From the NCBI RefSeq assembly GCF_001194135.2, contig NC_068983.1, positions 4,348,099-4,384,469 on the forward strand: DNA of 36,371 bases. Reading direction: 5' to 3'. This DNA is from Octopus bimaculoides (Eukaryota). Of the stretch, positions 10,603 through 21,330 are shown piece by piece. A model generated the notes under the pieces. That model searched no databases, was not told where the DNA came from, and worked only from the letters and a program-made list of their open reading frames with translations. Position 1 is the first letter of the stretch. Every line of letters begins with the position of its first letter. A program made the position numbers and the translations under genes.

Positions 10603-10639
10603 CCATCACTGGTCCCAATGTGTTTTCATTCTTTCTTTA

Positions 10640-11800
10640 TTCCACCCTTTTCTCTCATTTGGGCCAGTATTGATTGACTATGTCGTCTCCCCATTATCTT
10701 GGATAGCTTCTGAATCATATGTTCCACTCTCTTGCGTGCCACTTGACAACTGTTCAAGTCCACCTGTTGTCCGTGAAACTTGCGACATGTCCAACCCAGC
10801 AGAACATTCGACATTCCGCGACCAAATCTTTCACTCGACGCAGAATGACAAATCTGGCGTCGACTTTCTTTACTCGATTTCCAACTCAGGATTATTGAGG
10901 AGGGTTCCATTTACATCAGCTTCGACAAGAAAGCAGCAAGTAGGAGCCCGTTTGTGCATTACGACTAGGCCTTGCCCTTCAGAGACAAAGCTGCTTTCGT
11001 ACGAAACGAAATTTTTCGTATAAGTGACAGATACAGTCACACAACTGACAAAGCGCCATCACTAAACGGTTCCACAAGATCCTCAAAGACAACAGCTATC
11101 GACCATCTTCTGCCAAACAACAACATATAAACAGCACTAAGGTGAACAAACCTTATTGGAAGGTCCATACTCCTATGGCTGACACATGTTTCTTAAACTT
11201 CCCTACATCGTCGATAGAACCACAGAAGCAAACCATCACGTGATCTTCAAGTAGGGACTAAACATTCAGATGGTGCCCTCCAGTACATCCCTGAGGAAAT
11301 TCCTCTCTAGAAATCGTGCCACAAACAACATCGTGGAGTATACACTGTCTAATTACCCCCATCAACAACCTAAACGTGTACTCGAGGACATAATTAGTAT
11401 ATGAAGAGATCTGCAACAAATGTGATGCATCCTACATTGAGACTGCAATCAAAAAGTTACACATCCGCATCAAGGAACACGTGTACACAAAAGACTTGAG
11501 TCCATAAATACTTACCAGACTTGAAGCTTTACTTTATATACCAGAGTCATTACGCAACACAGGCAACCTTCGAATCAGAGAGGCTATCCTAATTATGATA
11601 TTAAGCAGAAACCAACAGATAAGAACTACACGAAGTGGAGAGGCTACTATAGCAAAATTATTCTGTGCATGTCACTATCCTCTCCCACGTATCTGAACGA
11701 ACATATCAACCGTATACCGTTCAATATTTCTTCTCGTATACTGATGAAGAGGCCCTAACTCCAAAATATTGAAGCAATACGTGGCTGAAACTTCAACTGT
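10640..11800 (+). mobile_element. Decayed Penelope-like element (RT thumb, linker, GIY-YIG endonuclease)
   Basis: Broken frames: RLSLLDFQLRIIEEGSIYISFDKKAASRSPFVHYD*ALPFRDK...FRISDR (RT thumb), FHKILKDNSY (L..NGYP), LKLPYI, LVYEEICNKCDASYIET..KKLHIRIKEH (GIY-YIG C-x2-C..YIGET..L..R..EH), NLRIREAILI. Left boundary uncertain. Confidence 0.85.
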
Positions 11801-11912
11801 TGTTCTGTTTTCCCTTTTGTATTTCATTTTACATTGTTTCGACCTTAACAAGGTTTTAATTAAAGCACAATGCTTCATCCAAACTATTCTATTCTATTTT
11901 ATATATATATAT

Positions 11913-11974
<62 letters not shown>

Positions 11975-11981
<7 letters not shown>

Positions 11982-12190
11982 TCACAAGTGTACGCAAACA
12001 CTTCAGTTCATAAATACTTGCCAAACTTGGAGCTTTACTGTATCCACCAGAACCACGGTACGCAACGCAGGAAACCTTCGAATCAAGGAGGCTATCCTAA
12101 TTATTAAGCAGAAACCAACAGATAAGAACTACACGAAATACACAGGCTACTATAGCAACATCAGTTTGCGTATGTCAATATTCTCTCCCG
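11975..12190 (+). mobile_element. Second, diverged copy of the Penelope-like 3' region
   Basis: cataaatacttgccaaacttggagctttac...accttcgaatcaaggaggctatcctaattattaagcagaaaccaacagataagaactacacgaa...ggctactatagcaa is a direct repeat of about 11480-11690. Confidence 0.85.
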
Positions 12191-12381
12191 TTTAGTGATT
12201 CCAGAAAGAAAGATTAGTCGATGTTAATAGTAACCAATGAGAGCAAAGTTAGTCGTGATTCATAATACTTTTATTTTGGTCGAGACTGTCGATTGCTACT
12301 CTTGCCTGAAGACACTGTGCACCCACATGCGAGACTCGGAGTAGCAACAGAGTGACTCGATCAAACTGAAATATCATATCT

Positions 12382-12428
<47 letters not shown>

Positions 12429-12467
12429 CGCGCGTGTGCGTGTGCGTGTGCGCGAAGGCGTTTGGCT

Positions 12468-12770
12468 CAGTGATAAGGGCGTTGGGATCACAATCATGAG
12501 GTGTTGAGTTCGATTCCCAGATCAGGCTGTGTGCTGTGTTGAGCAAGACACTTTACTTCACGTTGCTCCAGGTCGCTCAGCTGTAGAAATGAGTTGTATC
12601 GGCCCTTTTGCCTCTCCCTTGGATAACATCGGTGGTGTGGAGAGGGGAGGCTGGTATGCATGGGCGACTGCTAGGCTTCCTTAAACAACCTTGCCCGGAT
12701 TTGTGCCTCGGAGGGGAACTTTTTAGGTGCAATCCCATAAATATTCATGACCGAAAGGGCTCTTTACTCT
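12468..12770 (+). mobile_element. SINE family B with a distinct 3' tail
   Basis: ggctcagtgataagggcg...gagttcgattcccag (A/B boxes); core gttgagcaagacactttacttcacgttgctccagg..ctcagctg; tail ...ccttaaacaaccttgcccggatttgtgcctcggaggggaac. Confidence 0.8.
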
Positions 12771-13039
12771 TTGACATATATGCACACACACNNNNNNNNN
12801 NNNNNNNNNNNNNNNNNNNNNNNNNNNNNNNNNNNNNNNNNNNNNNNNNNNNNNNNNNNNNNNNNNNNNNNNNNNNNNNNNNNNNNNNNNNNNNNNNNNN
12901 NNNNNNNNNNNNNNNCACGCGTTATTAGACTAGTCTATCGATCCTATTAGATAAATCTGTAGCCACCACCATCGCCACCAAGCCGGTCTTTACAGGTCGC
13001 ATTGGATCGACGAGGAAGATATATCTACTAATTTGCTTC

Positions 13040-13412
13040 TACTTGTGTTATTATTCATGGCACTCCGTCGGTTACGACGACGAGGGTTCCAGTTGATCCG
13101 ATGAACGGAACAGCCTGCTCGTGAAATTAACGTGCAAGTGGCTGAGCACTCCACAGATACGTGTACTCTTAATTTCAGGGAGATTCAGCGTGAGACAGAG
13201 TGTGACAAGGCAGGCCCTTTGAAATAGAGGTACAACAGAGACTGGAAGAAAGAGTGAAAGAGTACAACAGGGGTCACCACCACCAACTGCCAGAGCCTCG
13301 TGGAGCTTTAGGTGTTTCGCTCAATAAACACTCACAACACCCGGTCTGGGAATCGAAACGGCTATCCTACGGCCGCGTGTCCGATGCCCTAACCACTGGG
13401 CCATTGCGCCTC
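13040..13412 (-). mobile_element. SINE family B variant (divergent core, different tail)
   Basis: Minus strand: gtggaggcgcaatggcccagtggttaggg...tttcgattcccagaccggg...; tail caactggaaccctcgtcgtcgtaaccgacggagtgcc. Confidence 0.8.
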
Positions 13413-13499
13413 CACTGTGTGTTCTTATACATATTAAATATATGCAAGTGTTTGAGTATATTGCCGAAAAGTTTGATCCATAAATCGTCATTACTTTCC

Positions 13500-13900
13500 C
13501 TTGCGTGGCACAGCCATGGCTGAGTGCACGTGGTTCCGGGTTCAGTCCCTCTGCGTGGTAATTTGGGCAAGTGTCTTCTACTATAACCTCGGGCTCACCA
13601 AAGCCTTGTGAGTGGATTTGGTAGACAGAAACTGAAAGAAACCCATCGATGTGTGTGTGTGTGTNNNNNNNNNNNNNNNNNNNNNNNNNNNNNNNNNNNN
13701 NCCCCCCCCCCCCCCTATGACCACTTGACCACCAGTGTTGAAGTGTTTACATCCCTGTAACTTAGCGACGTAACAAAAGAGACCGACAAACTAAGTACCA
13801 GGCTTTTTTTTTTAAATTAATAAATAATATGATCGATTGATTCAACTAAAAATTCTTCGAGGCGGTGCCCCAGAATGGCTGCAACCCAGTCACTGAAACC
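13500..13900 (+). mobile_element. SINE family C with central (GT)n and gap
   Basis: ggttccgggttcagtccc...ttgggcaagtgtcttctactata...gaaactgaaagaaacccatcg-(gt)n-N-ccccc...gtaacttagcg...gcggtgccccagaatggctgca. Confidence 0.85.
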
Positions 13901-14289
13901 TGTGCAAGGAAGGTTACGTGGAAATGCGTTTCTCTTTTCTATGAAGCGTTAACAACTGACCAGAAGTGAGTTATTTCCTGGCCATTTTATGGAAACCTAT
14001 CCCTTCAGACATAGTTCTTTTGCTATGATATTCAAATGTGGCCAACACAAAAGGTTCTGACATTAGCATTTGTAAAGCGTCTCCTTTAGCAGATGTGTGT
14101 AGTTCTTAAGTGAGGACGGTATCCAAGGTGTGTTTTCTTAGTAATGTGTAGTGAATATGACACGGGGCTGTTGAATCAGATTAGGAGGTCGCATTGTGAT
14201 CGCAAGTGTTTAAAAGCCTTTGTCTATAGAACTAGTGTGTCTAGGTTGCGTTAGATGACGCCACTGTGGGAACGGTTATGAGGGAGAAG

Positions 14290-14735
14290 TATGTGCTGTC
14301 GTTGTTGTTGTTGTTTAATCTCAGGTCAACGTTAATCAAACGGAATTACAAACACACTCCAGCCGTGACCATACAGCCTGTATACACACACACAGACAGA
14401 TACACACATTCACTCACTAGGGGCTCATTATTCAACATGTCCTTCTTTATGCTATGCAGAGATGAACTCAGAGGAAGATTTAGCTGTTTTTCCAAGTAAG
14501 TAGAACGACCAACTAAGTGCCCCTTCAATGGCTGCTGAAGGGTGTTGTTGTTGTTGTTGTTGTCGTTTAGCTCTTGGTCGACTGAACGAATAAGCCTTTG
14601 ATTAAACGTTTCCCATCCGTGACCATCTCGTCTTTTGTGTACCAAAGACGACATTGTTCAATGGACCTGTCTTTTATTTTAAGCCTGAACGATGCGATTT
14701 AAGGGAGATTTGGCTGCGCTTTCTAGGCAGCACCT
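14290..14735 (-). mobile_element. Two copies of interspersed repeat family D ((AAC)n-tailed on the minus strand)
   Basis: (ttg)n-tttaatctcaggtcaac...ccagccgtgaccat and (ttg)n-tttagctcttggtcgac...ccgtgaccatc...gatttaagggagatttggctgc. Related older copies at about 15750, 20520, 21560, 22250, 32125, 32560, 33850 and 34870. Class unknown. Confidence 0.6.
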
Positions 14736-14828
14736 GAAGGGCGCAGCTTGTGTGTGTGTGTGTGATATTGTATGGAGTGACAGCGAGCTTATGTAGAGAA
14801 GAAAGAGTGAGGGGAACACAACTGATCC

Positions 14829-14830
14829 TT

Positions 14831-14868
<38 letters not shown>

Positions 14869-14869
14869 T

Positions 14870-14916
<47 letters not shown>

Positions 14917-14960
14917 GAAGAAAGGAAGAAAGAAAGAAAGAAAGAAAGGAATGAAAGAAT
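14829..14960. repeat. (GAAA)n microsatellite
   Basis: Direct inspection. A (CT)n tract also lies at 15145-15226. Confidence 0.95.
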
Positions 14961-15141
14961 GGGAGACACATTGAGGGAGTAGTAATGAAAACTATATAAA
15001 TAGTGTAGCAAAGAAAGGGAGCAAGTACGTGTGTATGCGCACGTGTGTGTGTGTATTGTGTGTATGTGTGTGTGGGTAGGAGTGTGTGTTCGCTGCATAT
15101 GCGTGTCTCTGTCTATGTATGTGCTTGTACAAGTGTATGTG

Positions 15142-15182
<41 letters not shown>

Positions 15183-15192
15183 NNNNNNNNNN

Positions 15193-15232
<40 letters not shown>

Positions 15233-15921
15233 GTTTGTGACGAAGAGGCAGTGTGACTCTACATATTTTAAGGTCTTTCAAAGATGTTGACGATGTTAAT
15301 TCACCAATGGTACTCACTGTGGTACTTGAGACTCCCTGTACTCTCTATCTATATATAAATACAAAAAGGTGTATTACGTGTGGTAATTAGGTGTAACAAA
15401 GAGGTAGGGATGTGGAGTATTCGAGATTATCCTTTCATCTCTGTCAGCCGGTAAATTCCTCTCCCTGTGAGATTAAATACCTTAGCGCAATTCGAGATTA
15501 ATATTTCCGTTACCTTCTGCCTTCGTAAATTTCCGTAATGCGATGCGTATGTGCAGCCCTCGGGGTCCTTTTTAGGGTCATCATCGCTGATGGTGCGAAA
15601 TGAGGCAAACCCCCATGATCCCTTTTAGTATCGTCATGACGGCTGAGACGAAGTGGAGGGATTATCCTCGAACCCGAGAATTGCCCGAGTGGAACTCAAC
15701 TGCTATCATCCTAGCAACAGTAGATACGGCGGAATAAACCAGAAAATTACATTGATGTTTAACCCAAGGTCAACCCGGACCAAAAAGACTCGTATATCAG
15801 GGACTCTATTGTCCAAACTATCCGTCTTCTTCCTCTAAGAGAGTTGGGTGAGATTAGAGAAAGATTTTTGATGATCTTTTAGTGTTTCGTGCGACCACGT
15901 AGCCTGTTAATTATGATCGTG

Positions 15922-15977
<56 letters not shown>

Positions 15978-15978
<1 letters not shown>

Positions 15979-16117
15979 TTATGTTTGACTTTTGTTTTGC
16001 ATTTGTACAAGTTGGATCCAAGTCTCACCCAGAGACCTCAAGAGACAACAAGTTAGAAGTTCATGTAGGTGTTATGCCTAGGGTACCATATATTTGGATT
16101 TGTAGTTTTGTTCTAGT
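15978..16117 (-). mobile_element. Putative 3' UTR of an RLE (R4/Dong-like) retroelement with (TAA)n tail
   Basis: Non-coding 140-bp unit between (TTA)n tracts 15920-15977 and 16118-16145; minus strand ends ...caaaagtcaaacataaaataataat. Family assignment rests on context and recall only. Confidence 0.5.
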
Positions 16118-16145
16118 GAATAATAATAATAATTATTATTATTGT

Positions 16146-16380
16146 TGTTCAGTAGTTTTATTTTTATAACGTGCTTTCACTTCACTACCGAGCGCAGCTC
16201 TGTGCGCCTTGGGTATGTGCTGTGGTTTGCTGTGGTGCTCTTATGTTTACTGTATTGAAAGTGTCTTGCGTAGAATGTGTGCAGTACCCTTGAATGTGTG
16301 CAGTACCTTAGAATGTGTGCAGTACCTAGAATGTGTGCAGTACCTAGAATGTGTGCAGTACCTAGAATGTGTGCAGTACC
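16146..16380 (-). mobile_element. Extremely 5'-truncated R4/Dong-like RLE retroelement 3' end
   Basis: Minus strand encodes the terminal motif GTAHILRKTLSIQ*, then a 3' UTR and (TAA)n. The 5' junction carries six tandem 18-19-bp units (16271-16380), followed by (TTA)n 16381-16435. Confidence 0.75.
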
Positions 16381-16435
<55 letters not shown>

Positions 16436-17404
16436 CATGTTGATTTTTTTTCTTNNNNNNNNNNNNNNNNNNNNNNNNNNNNNNNNNNNNNNNNNNNNNN
16501 NNNNNNNNNNNNNNNNNNNNNNNNNNNNNNNNNNNNNNNNNNNNNNNNNNNNNNNNNNNNNNNNNNNNNNNNNNNNNNNNNNNNNNNNNNNNNNNNNNNN
16601 NNNNNNNNNNNNNNNNNNNNNNNNNNNNNNNNNNNNNNNNNNNNNNNNNNNNNNNNNNNNNNNNNNNNNNNNNNNNNNNNNNNNNNNNNNNNNNNNNNNN
16701 NNNNNNNNNNNNNNNNNNNNNNNNNNNNNNNNNNNNNNNNNNNNNNNNNNNNNNNNNNNNNNNNNNNNNNNNNNNNNNNNNNNNNNNNNNNNNNNNNNNN
16801 NNNNNNNNNNNNNNNNNNNNNNNNNNNNNNNNNNNNNNNNNNNNNNNNNNNNNNNNNNNNNNNNNNNNNNNNNNNNNNNNNNNNNNNNNNNNNNNNNNNN
16901 NNNNNNNNNNNNNNNNNNNNNNNNNNNNNNNNNNNNNNNNNNNNNNNNNNNNNNNNNNNNNNNNNNNNNNNNNNNNNNNNNNNNNNNNNNNNNNNNNNNN
17001 NNNNNNNNNNNNNNNNNNNNNNNNNNNNNNNNNNNNNNNNNNNNNNNNNNNNNNNNNNNNNNNNNNNNNNNNNNNNNNNNNNNNNNNNNNNNNNNNNNNN
17101 NNNNNNNNNNNNNNNNNNNNNNNNNNNNNNNNNNNNNNNNNNNNNNNNNNNNNNNNNNNNNNNNNNNNNNNNNNNNNNNNNNNNNNNNNNNNNNNNNNNN
17201 NNNNNNNNNNNNNNNNNNNNNNNNNNNNNNNNNNNNNNNNNNNNNNNNNNNNNNNNNNNNNNNNNNNNNNNNNNNNNNNNNNNNNNNNNNNNNNNNNNNN
17301 NNNNNNNNNNNNNNNNNNNNNNNNNNNNNNNNNNNNNNNNNNNNNNNNNNNNNNNNNNNNNNNNNNNNNNNNNNNNNNNNNNNNNNNNNNNNNNNNNNNN
17401 NNNN

Positions 17405-17900
17405 TTATTATTATTATTATTATTATTATCCTCTTCTGTTTCCATTTCTTGCCGAGCGTCATCCCGACACCTAGAGCAAAGAAACGCACTGTATACATTG
17501 GGAGGCCATTAAAATAAACCCACCAGATTGTTCATTTACAAAGTCATGCGATAGAAAAAAAAAGGGAAAGAAAGACAGAGGAAAGAAGGGGGAAAATGAA
17601 AAACTGAAAAAAGAAAACAAAGAAAATAAAGGGGAGAAAAGGAAAGAAAATTCACAACAATGTTGCTCTCCTCAATACGTGTGGCATAACAGTGAAGACA
17701 ATCTTTTGCACTTCCTGCACGGATGGTAAGTCAGGGATTATTCTTAAATAATTTTCAGTGTTCTGATGATTCCAAGTGCTCCTGCAATCACTGGTATTGT
17801 AACCGTCTTGAGATGCCACATCTTTTCGATTAGCAAATCTTTATATTTTCTGAGCTTATCAAATTATTTTGCCGAGATATTATAGTCACAGGGTACGCTT
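17405..17900 (-). mobile_element. R4/Dong-like RLE retroelement 3' fragment
   Basis: KYKDLLIEKMWHLKTVTIPVIAGALGII / ENYLRIIPDLPSVQEVQKIVFTVMPHVLRRATLL* (stop 17652-17654); 3' UTR; (TAA)n tail at 17405-17429; (TTA/TTG)n on the 5' side. Confidence 0.85.
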
Positions 17901-17959
17901 ATGTCAATCAATAAACATATTTTATAATTTCATTGTTGTTGTTGTTACTATTATTATTA

Positions 17960-18008
<49 letters not shown>

Positions 18009-18009
<1 letters not shown>

Positions 18010-18563
18010 GAGAGGGAGAGAGTGCATGCCATCAAAGTGACACTGGGATAAAATATACGAAGCCCAGTATACCCATCATGACTACCCGTCTGATAAGGGT
18101 ACACCAGGCACATGCATCACAACCATATATGCGTGACATGATCTCATTTCAAGGTAAACAGCGCATGACCTCGCAGGTGGGGCCCAGTTAGAATTTTCTT
18201 CAGGTCGGGTAGCCCATCCCGCTCAAAAGGTCCCTGAATAAGGTTTGTTTAAGGATGTTGAGCAAAACACCCATGTTTCCAAAGGTGAATTATCCAAATC
18301 CCAAAGAATTCCTCAAAACACATGGCTATGATGCTCCCCCACTACTTCTGCTTGTGATCAGAGATGCACATATCGTCAGCCACCAAGGGACATGCTCAAC
18401 TGGTTAAGGTCAAACAACTGACAAAGCAAATCTGTGACATTGAGCAGATTATATTTGCTGTAGCCCATCTTTTTATACCAAGACAAAACAGTGTACATGA
18501 TAACACTTCCGATCAATTAAGATCAGAAGCCATGAGAGCCACTGCCTGGTACGGCATCCGGGC

Positions 18564-18570
<7 letters not shown>
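18009..18570 (-). mobile_element. About 560-bp non-coding interspersed element flanked on both sides by (TAA)n (family E)
   Basis: High-complexity block with sharp boundaries to (TTA)n at 17940-18008 and 18571-18606; no recognisable ORF or tRNA head. Confidence 0.6.
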
Positions 18571-18606
<36 letters not shown>

Positions 18607-18681
18607 GAGGTGGTGAATTGACAGAATAGTTACTGAGTCGAAGCATTAATATACTCTATTACTTTTATACTCTTGCATAAC

Positions 18682-18683
<2 letters not shown>

Positions 18684-18747
<64 letters not shown>

Positions 18748-18768
18748 AAGACAGACAGACAGACAGAC

Positions 18769-18825
<57 letters not shown>

Positions 18826-18834
18826 CACGCACAA

Positions 18835-18908
<74 letters not shown>
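18684..18908. repeat. (GACA)n-(GATA)n compound microsatellite
   Basis: Direct inspection. Confidence 0.97.
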
Positions 18909-18909
<1 letters not shown>

Positions 18910-19040
18910 TGTATATCAGGAATGTGGACTAATATCACTAAATGTTGATCTGAAGATTCGGTGAAACTAACAGTTGTAGTAATGTCGATGGTTAATCAAG
19001 CTTTCGAACACAGTGACTAGACCCGACATTTGTTTATATT

Positions 19041-19054
19041 GCGCCCTCTATTGG
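19041..19054 (-). promoter_or_regulatory. CTCF core-motif match
   Basis: Minus strand CCAATAGAGGGCGC vs consensus CCASYAGRKGGCRS (13/14). Motif only, no binding evidence. Confidence 0.35.
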
Positions 19055-19186
19055 TTGAACTTATTTACCGCATGTGTATATGGGTAGCTTGGTGTGTATG
19101 GACGGGTGGACGAGCGTGAGTGTGTGTGTAAATACATTTGTATAAAAAATATAAATATATGTATTTCCTAGGATATATATAAACAT

Positions 19187-19219
<33 letters not shown>

Positions 19220-20759
19220 TATGATAGTGTTGATTTATATTAACATACTTAAGTGGGTACAATCCATCCCACTTTTAATTCGTACACGTGTGTATATACG
19301 TATAAATATTTATGTGGATGTACATGCATGCACACACTTATATTCACATATATTAATATAAATATAAATAAATATTTTCACAAACATTTGTATATACAAG
19401 ACTGACATCCAAAGAAATGATTACAACCGTACATGCATACATGCATACATATATATATATATATATATANNNNNNNNNNNNNNNNNNNNNNNNNNNNNNN
19501 NNNNNNNNNNNNNNNNNNNNNNNNNNNNNNNNNNNNNNNNNNNNNNNNNNNNNNNNNNNNNNNNNNNNNNNNNNNNNNNNNNNNNNNNNNNNNNNNNNNN
19601 NNNNNNNNNNNNNNNNNNNNNNNNNNNNNNNNNNNNNNNNNNNNNNNNNNNNNNNNNNNNNNNNNNNNNNNNNNNNNNNNNNNNNNNNNNNNNNNNNNNN
19701 NNNNNNNNNNNNNNNNNNNNNNNNNNNNNNNNNNNNNNNNNNNNNNNNNNNNNNNNNNNNNNNNNNNNNNNNNNNNNNNNNNNNNNNNNNNNNNNNNNNN
19801 NNNNNNNNNNNNNNNNNNNNNNNNNNNNNNNNNNNNNNNNNNNNNNNNNNNNNNNNNNNNNNNNNNNNNNNNNNNNNNNNNNNNNNNNNNNNNNNNNNNN
19901 NNNNNNNNNNNNNNNNNNNNNNNNNNNNNNNNNNNNNNNGATTTACGTTTTTTAATCCTCCTGTTTCTTACCAATTTTTTTTCACTTTATTTTACTTATT
20001 TTATTTTATTTTATTTATTTGTTTTTCGAAAATGTGCATTTTACTAATTATTTGACGCCAATCAACATAAAAATTTTCTACAGAATCAGCATTTTGAAAA
20101 TTTTGGTCGGGTGGTAGGGGATCATTTTTCCTTGAAATCTAATATTTTATTATAGAATTAGATAATCCTGTTTTATAAAGTGGGATTATCTGCTAGACCA
20201 GCTTCAACCTGTGAAGAAAGAACTAAAAAGACCTGAAGTGTTTATCAAAGAAGAAGGATACAGATATAAGAATAGCGAGACTATTGGTAGTAGAATGAAG
20301 TGAAATGGTTTTAACTGGGAATGAAAACAGAGCTTGAACATTCTTTCCTTCTGTCTTCTCCGGTCTTCTCCGGAAGTTCTAGGACAGAATTACGGGAGTC
20401 AAGTCATTGAGAGCAATTAGACCTTGCTCCGCTGTGTGGATATTTCACAGACTTTTTGTCGTCTATATTAAAACTGAAAGTTAGAAAGCCCAGCAAGAAA
20501 GACATTTGTTTTAGAAACGTTGGCCAAACTTGCTTCGAATCACACTCTGTTATCCTTGAAATAGAGAGCTCTTCGGATAGTGTTGTCCTAGATACATGAT
20601 GCCCAAGAAAGGGGTGGGGTGCTTATGATTGGAGCATTATTGGACGCAGGACGTAGAGCTGACCAGGGACTAAACGATAACAACTGTAATATCAAGCAGT
20701 ACTTATTGCGAGTCATTTGAATCGTGACTCATAGTCTTACTTACTCATGACACCACTGA

Positions 20760-21330
20760 CGCATAGTATACTGTTACATGATATTGTTGACGCCTAATAT
20801 TACTGCCATATGACAATTGTCACATGGCACACGTCATTATTGCAATATGACGTCACTGCTATATGACATTACTGACATATAACTTCACCATAAAGATTAT
20901 CTAACTACTTAACTGTCATAATTGTCACATGACATTAGTGCTATACGACATTACTGACAAATGAGCTTATTGTTATGTGACACGGTATTTCGTCTGTCTT
21001 TACGTTCTGGGTTCAGAGAGACAACGTTCTGTGGAGGAAGGAATGGGTGAAGGGATTAAGGCAGGGCCAGATAGGGGTAGCTGACAGCAAGCCGAAAGAT
21101 CAGTAGTTCGCGTTGTGACTTAGCCCTCAAATAGTCAAGGTCGACTTTGCCTTTCATCCTTTCGGGGTCGATAAATTAAGTACCAGTTGCGTACTGGAGT
21201 CTATCTAATCGACTGGCCCCCTTCCCAAAAATTTCGGACCTTGTGCCTAGAGTAGAAAAGATCATTATTATGTGACATTAATTACACATGTCTTTACTGA
21301 CATGGCATTAACAAATGTGACAGTGTGGAT
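20760..21330. repeat. Degenerate short-period minisatellite (tgacattactgacata-like), interrupted by a SINE
   Basis: Recurrent tgaca/tgtca/attactg motifs on both sides of the 20983-21267 insertion. Confidence 0.55.
20983..21267 (+). mobile_element. 5'-truncated SINE family A with TSD and a 121-bp foreign insert (21016-21136)
   Basis: TSD ttatgtgaca at 20973-20982 and 21268-21277; SINE parts 20983-21015 and 21137-21267; insert matches 30685-30805 at 118/121. Confidence 0.9.

Noticed and set aside
15514-15690. Minus-strand open frame ending at a GTAAC donor, and a possible 31-nt microexon near 15318-15348
   Set aside because: No polypyrimidine acceptor for the larger frame, no recognisable peptide, no linkable neighbouring exons.
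16271-16380. 18-bp and 27-bp (10518-10602) repeats as CRISPR arrays
   Set aside because: Head-to-tail units with no unique spacers, no cas genes, eukaryotic context.
18948-18972. ctgaagattcggtgaaac as a hammerhead core
   Set aside because: No pairable stem II or stem I/III arms.
20197-20296. Purine-rich stretch open in two frames (QLQPVKKELKDLKCL...)
   Set aside because: Weak splice signals, no recognisable family; A-rich composition explains the lack of stops.
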